Below, in pieces: positions 15,597 through 23,659 of a DNA stretch of 46,128 nt. The position numbers were made by a program, and so were the translations under genes. Source of the stretch: Candidatus Nanohaloarchaea archaeon (GTDB taxonomy: Archaea > Nanohalarchaeota > Nanosalinia > Nanosalinales > Nanosalinaceae). The stretch spans positions 1 to 46,128 of the forward strand of contig JBDGSE010000041.1 in assembly GCA_042217695.1 (NCBI GenBank), in the 5' to 3' direction. How positions within the stretch are numbered: position 1 is the first letter of the stretch; each line of letters starts with the position of its first letter. The notes under the pieces were generated by a model that saw only the letters and a list, made by a program, of their open reading frames with translations, was not told the origin of the DNA and made no database searches.

Positions 15597-17066
15597 CTAG
15601 AGCGCCTGCTGCAGTTGACTGGCCTCTGACTCTATCTGCTGTATCATCTCTTCTATCTGGCCTATCTCGGTTTCAAGTTCCTGGGCGGTCTCATCGTTGA
15701 AGCCGGACTGTTCTATGAACTCCCGGAAACGCTCCAGTATGTTGCCCTCCTGCTGGAACTCCTGGGCGAGTTCCTCCATCTCCTGGATGTCTTCCTGGTC
15801 GTATTTCCGCTCTTTTTCCAGCTCCTCGATCTCCTCCTGGAGTTCCTGTCTTATCCTCTGCTTCTCCTCTATGGCGTTCTTCGCCTCTTCTGCCACTTTC
15901 TTGGTCCTTTCCTCGTCCTGTTCGATTTCCTGCCAGTCTTCCCGGTCGTTGTACTGTTTCGCTATCTTCTCGGCCGTCATCTCCTCGTCTTCAATTTCTT
16001 CTACCAGTGTCTGTAGCTGGTTGGCCTCTGTATCCAGTTCCTCGAGCGAGTCCCGGAGACCCCTGAAAGCGCGCTGGTAGTACTGGATGTCCTGGTGGAC
16101 CTCCCGCTCGAACTTGAGCGATTCGTGGAACTCTCCCAGGTTCTCCCGTATCTCTTTGAGCTCCGGCACGAGGTCCTCGGCCAGCTCTTCTTCTAGGCGC
16201 GGATCGCCGGCCTGGTAACGGTTCTTGAGCTGGGAAAGCTCGTTTTTCAGGTCCCTGAGGTCCTGTGTGGTCTTCTGTTCGACCTCTCCAAGTTCCTCGT
16301 GTTCCTTCTTCTCCTCTCTAAGGGTCCTGTCCTCCCGGTTCTTCAGCTCGGACATGAGTTTCTCGGAGTTGCTCTCGATACTCTCTATCTTCTCCGTGAT
16401 GTCCTCCAGCTCCTGTTCCTCGGCCTCTATCTCCTGCGTTATCTGGCTGGGGTCCGGGTTGTTCTCTTCTTCCGCCCCGGTCTGGTCTTCCTTCTGTTTT
16501 TCATCCTCTATCTCGTCTTCCAGTTCGTCCAGTCTTTCGGACAGGCCCTTAATGGCATTGGTGACCTCTTCGTTGCTGCCGCCCGAGCTGGAATCCGAGG
16601 AGCCAGAGATTATCCCCGGGGACCAGGAGCCTTCCTTCCCGGTTCCGAAAAGGTTCCAGATGAACAGGACGCCAAGGATTATCGTCACGAGAAAAGCGAA
16701 GGGAACCGCTAAACCACCCAGGTAGCGTGTTACGATCGCGGCCATGCTTGCGCCCACGACCTTGCCTGCCCAGTTAACCATCTCGCTCCCCTCTCCACGG
16801 AGGGGGGAGTCACTTCCCATCATGTTGCCCTCGGTCATCTGGAACACGTAATGGGAGCCAAACCTGAGAAGACCGTAGAGCCCGATGAATGGCATGAGAA
16901 CCGAGGTGAAGAACTGCCCCCAGGTTTCTACAGGGGCGATAACCAGGGTGTCAAAGAAGTTGAGTATCATGGCTGTACCTGTACCCCCGGCTAGCTGGGC
17001 GGATACAGGTGCTACGAACAGCAAGATGAAGAAAGCAAGTATAGATCCTGTCCGGGGCCTCTTCAT
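15597..17066 (-). CDS. Signal peptide + 3-TM module + long acidic coiled coil (489 aa)
   Basis: VSA|Q signal peptide, VLMPFIGLYGLL module, Ser/Gly linker, about 320 aa of heptads. Confidence 0.85.
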   Translation of the reverse strand: MKRPRTGSILAFFILLFVAPVSAQLAGGTGTAMILNFFDTLVIAPVETWGQFFTSVLMPFIGLYGLLRFGSHYVFQMTEGNMMGSDSPLRGEGSEMVNWAGKVVGASMAAIVTRYLGGLAVPFAFLVTIILGVLFIWNLFGTGKEGSWSPGIISGSSDSSSGGSNEEVTNAIKGLSERLDELEDEIEDEKQKEDQTGAEEENNPDPSQITQEIEAEEQELEDITEKIESIESNSEKLMSELKNREDRTLREEKKEHEELGEVEQKTTQDLRDLKNELSQLKNRYQAGDPRLEEELAEDLVPELKEIRENLGEFHESLKFEREVHQDIQYYQRAFRGLRDSLEELDTEANQLQTLVEEIEDEEMTAEKIAKQYNDREDWQEIEQDEERTKKVAEEAKNAIEEKQRIRQELQEEIEELEKERKYDQEDIQEMEELAQEFQQEGNILERFREFIEQSGFNDETAQELETEIGQIEEMIQQIESEASQLQQAL

Positions 17067-17112
17067 AAAACCTAATTATGTGTTCCTCTGTTTATTAAAC
17101 CGAACGCCTGCG

Positions 17113-18771
17113 TCAGTATTTCTGGTGGTTTAGAAGAGTCTTCATCAGCTTCTCAGTGACCTCTTCCAGTTCGTCCACAAGTTTGCCGATCTCTTTCCCT
17201 GTCTCGCGCTGACTGGTCTCGTACTCAACCATCTCCCTCGTACGCCTGGAAAGCGTCTGGAAGCTGTCTATTATCCTGTTCAGGGCATCGTGTATCTCCT
17301 CTTCCTCCGAGATCGTTCCTCTGCTGAGGACAAGATCCCGGGTCACAAGCCACTTCCCGAGGTGTCTGTGGGCCCGTTCATTGATCTCCCTGAGCTCTTC
17401 GAGTCCGAAACGCTCCATCTCCGCCCTGTCGATGTCTTCCAGTCGACCCTCCAGCTCTATAAGAGTGTTCTCCTGGTTCTCTATCTCTCCGAACTTTTCC
17501 TGGAGTTTTTCCAGCTTTTTCTGGTCCATACTGGTCTTCTGCTGTAATTCTGTATCGTCGAGAGCCCTGGAAAGCTTTTTCAGAGTGTTCTCTTCCTCGA
17601 AGGCCTTCTCTACCCGGTAGGTGAATTTTTTCATGGCCTCCAGCGCGTTTTTCTGTTCTCTGACAAGTCGGGAAAGTTCCTGGCGGTGTTGCTTGAGGTC
17701 GCTGGAGGAGTCTCTCTCTATCTCATTCATCCTCTTAATCAGGGTATACACTTCTTCGACCTCTTCCTCCAGGTCTCCGGACCTGAGGGCCTGCGGGAGA
17801 CCGTCGAACCTGCCGGTTCTCTGGTCCAGCTGTTCCAGCCGCCTGTTCTTCTCTGTGTGGGACTGCCAGTTTCTCCACCGGTTCTCCCGGGAACTGAACG
17901 ACCGGTCCTCCAGGAACTCCAGGTAGAGCTGTGCGTAGTCCGCGGCGGCTTCCATTTCAGACGGGAAGAACTTTTGCAGGACCTGTCTGCTCTCTTTCTC
18001 AAGCTCCCGGAAACGCGCCAGAAGCTCGTACTCCTTCTTCTTGTAGCTGACGAACTCGTTTCCCTTCTCCGCGATGTCTTTTATCTGGCTGGCTTCAACC
18101 TCCTGTATCTCCTCGATAAATTCTGCCTCGCTCTCCAGTTTGTCTGCAACCGTGGAGAGCTCTTCGGCAGAGTAGTCCGCCGAGCCCGGGTCGTGCCGGG
18201 ATTCACGGGTATCTATGTCCTCCTCCAGCTCCTCTACCTGCTGGTTCATCTGGTTCACTGTCTCTGTCATCTCTTCCACGCCGCCGTCGGGCACTGGGTT
18301 TCCTCCGGTGTTCGTGTTTGTCCCTCCCACGTTAACGGCGCCGTGCCGGAAAACTCCCAGCGTCTGCCAGAGGAGGAATAGGCCTCCGAGGAGTCCGATT
18401 ATCAGGGCGAATGGTACTGTGAGTCCGCCGTAGGCGAATATGAAGAGTGTGGCCATCGCGGCGGCCATCAGCGAGGACGCCTTTTTACCTGTGTCCGAAA
18501 GTTCACCGGTGCTTCCGAGACCTGTGTTCTGCCCGAAATTATGCTCTGTCAACAGTAACGCTTTCCGTATCAGGAACCAGAACAGGCCGTACATCCCGAT
18601 GAAGGGCAGAACTATGAATATCACAAAGTCCGCGCTGTTCTCTATTTCCGCTGCGGCCACCGGGTCCAGCATTCCAAAGACGTTACCGCTACCCCCTGTT
18701 ATCTGGGCTGTTGCGGCACCGGAGAAAAGCAGGATTAAAACCGTCAGCGCAAAACCTCTCCTCTTCGACAT
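17113..18771 (-). CDS. Signal peptide + 3-TM module + long coiled coil (552 aa)
   Basis: ATA|Q signal peptide, IVLPFIGMYGLF module, helical C-terminal region. Confidence 0.85.
   Translation of the reverse strand: MSKRRGFALTVLILLFSGAATAQITGGSGNVFGMLDPVAAAEIENSADFVIFIVLPFIGMYGLFWFLIRKALLLTEHNFGQNTGLGSTGELSDTGKKASSLMAAAMATLFIFAYGGLTVPFALIIGLLGGLFLLWQTLGVFRHGAVNVGGTNTNTGGNPVPDGGVEEMTETVNQMNQQVEELEEDIDTRESRHDPGSADYSAEELSTVADKLESEAEFIEEIQEVEASQIKDIAEKGNEFVSYKKKEYELLARFRELEKESRQVLQKFFPSEMEAAADYAQLYLEFLEDRSFSSRENRWRNWQSHTEKNRRLEQLDQRTGRFDGLPQALRSGDLEEEVEEVYTLIKRMNEIERDSSSDLKQHRQELSRLVREQKNALEAMKKFTYRVEKAFEEENTLKKLSRALDDTELQQKTSMDQKKLEKLQEKFGEIENQENTLIELEGRLEDIDRAEMERFGLEELREINERAHRHLGKWLVTRDLVLSRGTISEEEEIHDALNRIIDSFQTLSRRTREMVEYETSQRETGKEIGKLVDELEEVTEKLMKTLLNHQKY
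18364..18633. repeat. 270-bp perfect direct repeat, copy 1
   Basis: Identical by eye to 21622-21891; encodes the 90-aa TM module. Confidence 0.95.
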
Positions 18772-18806
18772 AAAACGGTTTTTTCCCCGCTGACTTTAAT
18801 ATCCTG

Positions 18807-19217
18807 CTAGAACGCCATCAGGTAGAGCATGTAGAGGAACAGCAGTCCGAAAGCCGCCACCAAGCCAAGCCCGAGGTAGTTTATCCAGGTTATTATCATG
18901 TCCCAGAAAGGCGTGGGCACCAGCATCAGCGTAATCGCCAGCGCCATCAGTGTGGCTTCCGTGTTCACGTCCGGTCTATCGGCGAACCAGGGAGAGTCGT
19001 CATCCATAAGGATGAGCTGCAGGGTCTTGGTCAACAGGAAGTAGAGGAGCACGTAGACGAAGGCGAACGGCGCCACGAACTGTGTAAGTATCTCCCCCTG
19101 TGAATCGTACTGTATCTGGAAGGTGTTGCCGTAGTCGCCGTAGGCCCCGGCGGCAAGAGATATCAGCGCGAGAAATCCGATCAGGAGTACGAGGGCTTTA
19201 TTCGAAGTCAAAGTCAT
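18807..19217 (-). CDS. Signal peptide + stand-alone 3-TM module
   Basis: FVAPFAFVYVLLY ... ATLMALAITLML; start at ATG 19217 or TTG 19211 rather than 19286. Confidence 0.8.
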   Translation of the reverse strand: MTLTSNKALVLLIGFLALISLAAGAYGDYGNTFQIQYDSQGEILTQFVAPFAFVYVLLYFLLTKTLQLILMDDDSPWFADRPDVNTEATLMALAITLMLVPTPFWDMIITWINYLGLGLVAAFGLLFLYMLYLMAF

Positions 19218-19491
19218 CACCGCCGGAGTCAGAGTCGAAGTCCATGTCTCCGTCTCCGCCCATTCCTCCGGCGCCTTCCCCACCACCTTCTCGTACTTTC
19301 TCCACGTAGGCGGGCAGCATCTCGTCTACCAGGAAGCCTGCGATGAGGCCTGTGGCGGCCAGTAGAACTATCTTCGAGGTGAACTGGTTGAGGCCCACCA
19401 TCCCGCTGAACCCGGCCGCACCGTTCTGTGCAGCGAAGAAACCTAGTATGGCTGAGACCGGGAACGCAACGTATTTCCAGGGGTCCTGCAT
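19198..19491 (-). CDS. Small 2-TM protein with Gly/Asp-rich tail
   Basis: Two hydrophobic helices; ends GGDGDMDFDSDSGGDDFDFE. Confidence 0.8.
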   Translation of the reverse strand: MQDPWKYVAFPVSAILGFFAAQNGAAGFSGMVGLNQFTSKIVLLAATGLIAGFLVDEMLPAYVEKVREGGGEGAGGMGGDGDMDFDSDSGGDDFDFE

Positions 19492-19559
19492 ATAGAGGTA
19501 TAGCCTCTATCGACTTTTATGAATTAGGGGTTTTAGAAGGAGAAGAAGGCGGAGGGTTT

Positions 19560-20045
19560 TTACTCTCGGCCCCGGGCCCACTCCCTGTACTTGGTCTCTC
19601 CGTCTCTGATCTCGTTTACCAGTTCGATGATCTCCCTGAAATCTTTTACTGTCTCCTCCTCGTCCTGGACGTCCTGCTGAGTCTTCTTGTCCGCATCTCT
19701 TAACTCGCTCAGCGCCTGCTCGATCTCCTGCAGGATGTTCTCTACCTTGTCGAATTCCTGCTGGAGCTGCCGGGCGGACCCGATCTGGTTGATGTTGCTG
19801 ATGATCTTCTCGACCTGCTGGTGCTGTTCGGCGGCAGGTGCGTTCGTATCCACTTTCCGGAAGTATATCAGGGCGCGGAAGACTCCCTCCTCCTGTTTAA
19901 GTTTATCGAGCGTGTCCGCCAGTTTCTGTTCGGCGTCACGTTGCTCCTGCACGATCTCCTCCTCGATTTCTTCCTCTTTTTCCAGGTGCTGGATGGTCTC
20001 CTTTATGTCGTTAACGAATCCGGATAGGTCTACGTCTTCTACCAT
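19560..20045 (-). CDS. Soluble helical-hairpin protein, paralogue of the C-terminal domain of 20092-22044
   Basis: Shares EGVFRALIYFRKVD, HQQVEKI, IGSA, RDAD and VNEI.xGETK with the upstream gene; no TM or signal peptide. Confidence 0.9.
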   Translation of the reverse strand: MVEDVDLSGFVNDIKETIQHLEKEEEIEEEIVQEQRDAEQKLADTLDKLKQEEGVFRALIYFRKVDTNAPAAEQHQQVEKIISNINQIGSARQLQQEFDKVENILQEIEQALSELRDADKKTQQDVQDEEETVKDFREIIELVNEIRDGETKYREWARGRE

Positions 20046-20091
20046 GGTACAATTTTACCGTTTGCCTATTTTATTACCTTTGGAACATTAA

Positions 20092-22044
20092 TTACAGGTT
20101 CTCGTACTTTTCCACGTATTCACGCAGCTTTGTCTCTCCGTTCTGTATCTCGTTTACTATCCGGGAAACCTCTTCTAGCTGTGTATCCGAGGATTTCTCC
20201 ATTTCCATGTCTTTTGACATCTTCTGGTCGGCGTCCCTGACCTCCTGCAGGGCATGTTCTATCTCCTTTATAAGTCTCTCGGCCTCTTCGACCTCTCGCT
20301 GGAGGTGGTCGGCGCTACCTATCTCGTTCAGGTTCTTCAGTATCTTCTCGACCTGCTGGTGTTTCTCGGCCTGTGGTGCGTCCATGTCGACCTTTCTGAA
20401 GTATATCAGGGCGCGGAAGACTCCTTCATGGTTGTTCATCAGCTCCTTCAGGGCGTCCGCGAGTTCCTGCTCCGCATCCTGTTTCTTCCTGAAAACTTCC
20501 TCCTCCAGTTCCTCCTCTTTCCGGAGCCCCTGGATAATCTGCTCTATGTCTTTTATCAGCTGGTCGTCGAACGTCCCATCGTCCTCGATCTCTTCCGGTT
20601 CTCCACCGCCCTTGAGTATATCCTCCAGCATCTCGCCTATCTCTACAAGTATCTGCCGGTTGACCTGCTGGGCGTTTCTGGCGTCCATAAGCAGGGCGTG
20701 AAGCCGGTTCAGGAAAGGTTCCATCTGCTGTGATCCAAGGTTGAGTATATCCTGGTAGAGCATCTGGACGACCTCGGCTTCCACCTGGACATTTTGATCA
20801 CCTGGCACCTGGACTGTTGCGGTATCTCCCTGTATCTGTACATCTCCGTCAAGTATCGCAACCACCTGTTTGAGCAGCGACTGGTTGATCTGGTTGAAAC
20901 GCTGTTCGTTCCGGATCTCGTTTACCAGGTTGTTCAGCACCTGGCTCTGCCTGACCTCTCTGACTATCTGTTTGTTCTGGACGTTCTGGACGTACCTGTC
21001 GCCCTCCACGTACTCCTCTACATTGTTTATGGCCTGGCGCGGTTCCTGCTCGTACTCTCTCAGGAATTCGAACACCTCCTCCAGCATCTCCTGGTTCAGC
21101 TGCTGGTTCTGTTTCAGCAGTTCAGAGATGGCCTCGACCATCGTCTCGTTCACCATGTTCTGATCCAGGTCGTTCATCACGTCACCGAACTCGTTGACCA
21201 CCTCCACGGGTAACTCGGCCGCGGGGGCATCCCCCTCTGGAGGTATACGGATAGTGTTGTTCTGCCGGTATATCTCCCCCATCATGAAGGCCATGAACTG
21301 CATCATCGCGGGAGACATCTGTTGCTGCTGTTGCATCATCCCCACCATGGGAGGTATCGCGTTCCGTCCCCTTGCAGGCCCCGGACCCGGTCCAGGGGCG
21401 GGAGGCCAGTTTTCAGGCAGGTCTATGTCGAGGTCACCGATCATCTGCTGCATCTGGTTGATGTTCTGGTTCATCTGCTCCATCTGGTTTTCCAGGTCGC
21501 TGGTGTCGACATCGACGTTGACATCCTGCGTTCCGTTCCCTCCGTTTCCTCCGGGTGGTCCTCCCCCGTTGCCACCGCCTCCTCCGAGGCCTCCGATACC
21601 TGCTCTTGCGGCCCCGAGCAGCTGCCAGAGGAGGAATAGGCCTCCGAGGAGTCCGATTATCAGGGCGAATGGTACTGTGAGTCCGCCGTAGGCGAATATG
21701 AAGAGTGTGGCCATCGCGGCGGCCATCAGCGAGGACGCCTTTTTACCTGTGTCCGAAAGTTCACCGGTGCTTCCGAGACCTGTGTTCTGCCCGAAATTAT
21801 GCTCTGTCAACAGTAACGCTTTCCGTATCAGGAACCAGAACAGGCCGTACATCCCGATGAAGGGCAGAACTATGAATATCACAAAGTCCGCCGTCGAGTT
21901 TATCTCCATCGCGGAGATGTTGTTCGCCCACTCAACCACGGTGTTCTCGAACATGTTGCCTCCGCCGTCGAACTGTGCGGCTACAGGAGCGGTGAAGAAC
22001 AGGGCTATTACAAAGAGGTATGCGACAGCCCTGAAGCTTCTCAT
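20092..22044 (-). CDS. Signal peptide + 3-TM module + low-complexity linker + long helical region (650 aa)
   Basis: VAA|Q signal peptide; TM module identical to that of 17113-18771; G/N/P and M/Q-rich linkers. Confidence 0.85.
   Translation of the reverse strand: MRSFRAVAYLFVIALFFTAPVAAQFDGGGNMFENTVVEWANNISAMEINSTADFVIFIVLPFIGMYGLFWFLIRKALLLTEHNFGQNTGLGSTGELSDTGKKASSLMAAAMATLFIFAYGGLTVPFALIIGLLGGLFLLWQLLGAARAGIGGLGGGGGNGGGPPGGNGGNGTQDVNVDVDTSDLENQMEQMNQNINQMQQMIGDLDIDLPENWPPAPGPGPGPARGRNAIPPMVGMMQQQQQMSPAMMQFMAFMMGEIYRQNNTIRIPPEGDAPAAELPVEVVNEFGDVMNDLDQNMVNETMVEAISELLKQNQQLNQEMLEEVFEFLREYEQEPRQAINNVEEYVEGDRYVQNVQNKQIVREVRQSQVLNNLVNEIRNEQRFNQINQSLLKQVVAILDGDVQIQGDTATVQVPGDQNVQVEAEVVQMLYQDILNLGSQQMEPFLNRLHALLMDARNAQQVNRQILVEIGEMLEDILKGGGEPEEIEDDGTFDDQLIKDIEQIIQGLRKEEELEEEVFRKKQDAEQELADALKELMNNHEGVFRALIYFRKVDMDAPQAEKHQQVEKILKNLNEIGSADHLQREVEEAERLIKEIEHALQEVRDADQKMSKDMEMEKSSDTQLEEVSRIVNEIQNGETKLREYVEKYENL
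21622..21891. repeat. 270-bp perfect direct repeat, copy 2
   Basis: Identical by eye to 18364-18633 (offset 3258 bp). Confidence 0.95.
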
Positions 22045-22082
22045 AACAAGATATGAGGTCTAATCCCTTTAATATTTCCTGT

Positions 22083-22313
22083 CTACTCGAACTTTCCGAG
22101 GCGTTCAAGGGTCTCAAGGATTCCCCAGGCGTAGACCACCGATTCCCAGGCCTGTATATAGTCCTCCTCCTCGAGGAAGTGCAGTGTATCGTCTCTGTAG
22201 GCGATAACGTTCTCCATCTGCTCTACATCCTGGTCTCGCTCCTCGAGTCTTTCGTCCAGCTTCTTCAGCCATTTTTCTGTCTCGGACTCCAGTTTTTCCT
22301 GCGTGGCATCCAT
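22083..22313 (-). CDS. DUF357 family protein
   Basis: AYxxDxxHFLEEEDYIQAWESVVYAWGILE matches the archaeal DUF357 pattern. Confidence 0.85.
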   Translation of the reverse strand: MDATQEKLESETEKWLKKLDERLEERDQDVEQMENVIAYRDDTLHFLEEEDYIQAWESVVYAWGILETLERLGKFE

Positions 22314-22375
22314 ACCGGCCTATGGCTTTTGAAGAGTTAAAACAGGCGAGGGAGTCAAGCCAGCTTGAGTTAAGC

Positions 22376-22383
22376 TTATAAAA
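22376..22383 (+). promoter_or_regulatory. Putative TATA box for 22411 (leaderless transcript)
   Basis: CTTATAAA, about 28-35 nt upstream of the ATG. Confidence 0.5.
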
Positions 22384-22410
22384 TTTATTTGTTACTATTC
22401 GATTGTTACA

Positions 22411-23001
22411 ATGGTTTTGAGTGATGTGTACTCCGGCCTCAAGGACGAGCTCCTGGTGGTTGGAGCAGTGAAGGCTGCAGAGAAGCTCGAAGAGAAGTAC
22501 AACGAGCTTCGACACGTTGAGGGAGACGAAATTTCGCCGGAGGAAGACCCGGGTTTTGAAGTTGTTGAGTCGGGAGAGGATTATACTGTTTTCGAACCAA
22601 AACCTGAGACTGGAGGAAAAGGAGGTGAAACAATGAAAGATTACGGAGACGCTGACGCAGACCTGTCCTCTTTCGAAGAGGCTGTCGCCTACGCTGAACT
22701 GGCGATGGACGACCACCACGACACACAGGAATACCTGAGGAAGGCAGAGGAAGAGGTGGCCGACCAGGCAGAGTACGCTGCCGCGGTCGCACAGGCAGTT
22801 GCCGGCGACGCTGAAGACGCAGTGGACGTCCTCACCGATTACCTGATGGAAGACCGCAAGGTCAAGGATGACAGAGCGGTCGAACTGATGGAGAGGAAGG
22901 AAACTGTTGAACAGATGCTTGAGCCTGTCGGGACTTCTGACGAGACGTCCGACAGGATCGACAGGATGAGGGACAGGGTCGACAACGAGTACTTCGGCTA
23001 A
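22411..23001 (+). CDS. Acidic helical hypothetical protein; possible second start at 22633
   Basis: AMDDHHDTQEYL motif shared with the next gene; perfect GGAGGTGA before the in-frame ATG at 22633. Confidence 0.8.
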   Translation: MVLSDVYSGLKDELLVVGAVKAAEKLEEKYNELRHVEGDEISPEEDPGFEVVESGEDYTVFEPKPETGGKGGETMKDYGDADADLSSFEEAVAYAELAMDDHHDTQEYLRKAEEEVADQAEYAAAVAQAVAGDAEDAVDVLTDYLMEDRKVKDDRAVELMERKETVEQMLEPVGTSDETSDRIDRMRDRVDNEYFG

Positions 23002-23002
23002 C

Positions 23003-23040
23003 CCTCTCCTCCATTTTCTGTTCTCCTTTTATTTCCGTTC
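23003..23040 (+). terminator. Pyrimidine-rich terminator
   Basis: C/T-rich tract directly after the stop codon. Confidence 0.45.
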
Positions 23041-23122
23041 AGGTTCCCGCGTTCACATGACGCTTTTCGAACTCTTCGCAGAACCACAACACTTTTAAAT
23101 TGTCACTGAGTAATAACAACAT

Positions 23123-23659
23123 ATGACGGGGCTGGATGACGCTGTCGAACGGGCGGACTACGCGATGGATGACCACTATCACGCCCAGGAATACCTGATG
23201 GATGCCATCGAGGACCTGGAATCGGTCCTGGACGATCTCGAGTCCTCCGGAACTGCCGCCAGCGAGTTTGAAAGGTTTGCCGGTGTCGTTGCAGACTACC
23301 TGGAGGAGGACACGGAGAGGACGGCGAGACAGGCCGCGAAGATAGAGGACCTTACTGAAAGACTTGAAGGCTCCTATACCGGTGGTTACAGCCCTGACTG
23401 GGGTTACGGCGATGATACGTGGACCGGTCTCTCATGGACTCCCTGGATGACCCAGCAGCAACAGATGTTTGTCATGATGCCTGGCTGGGGTTACGGCAAC
23501 TGGAACGACTGGGAGCTGGAGGGACAGTCCTGGGCAGAGGAAGGGACGCAGGAAGAACAGGGCGACTGGGGCCAGTGGACCGACTGGAACCCGGTATGGG
23601 CTCCCGGCTTTCAGTCACAGGGTTTCGGCGGGCAGTTCCAGTACGCCGGATGGTACTAG
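23123..23659 (+). CDS. Paralogous helical protein with Trp/Gly/Gln-rich C-terminal tail
   Basis: AMDDHYHAQEYL motif; TTTTAAA box about 25-30 nt upstream. Confidence 0.8.
   Translation: MTGLDDAVERADYAMDDHYHAQEYLMDAIEDLESVLDDLESSGTAASEFERFAGVVADYLEEDTERTARQAAKIEDLTERLEGSYTGGYSPDWGYGDDTWTGLSWTPWMTQQQQMFVMMPGWGYGNWNDWELEGQSWAEEGTQEEQGDWGQWTDWNPVWAPGFQSQGFGGQFQYAGWY

Noticed and set aside
15597..18771. SMC/Rad50 or methyl-accepting chemotaxis proteins
   Set aside because: No Walker A or signature motif, zinc hook or MCP hairpin-tip consensus; only generic coiled coil
18364..21891. Diversity-generating retroelement TR/VR pair or insertion sequence
   Set aside because: The copies are identical with no adenine-specific mismatches, there is no reverse transcriptase, transposase or terminal inverted repeat, and the repeat encodes TM helices
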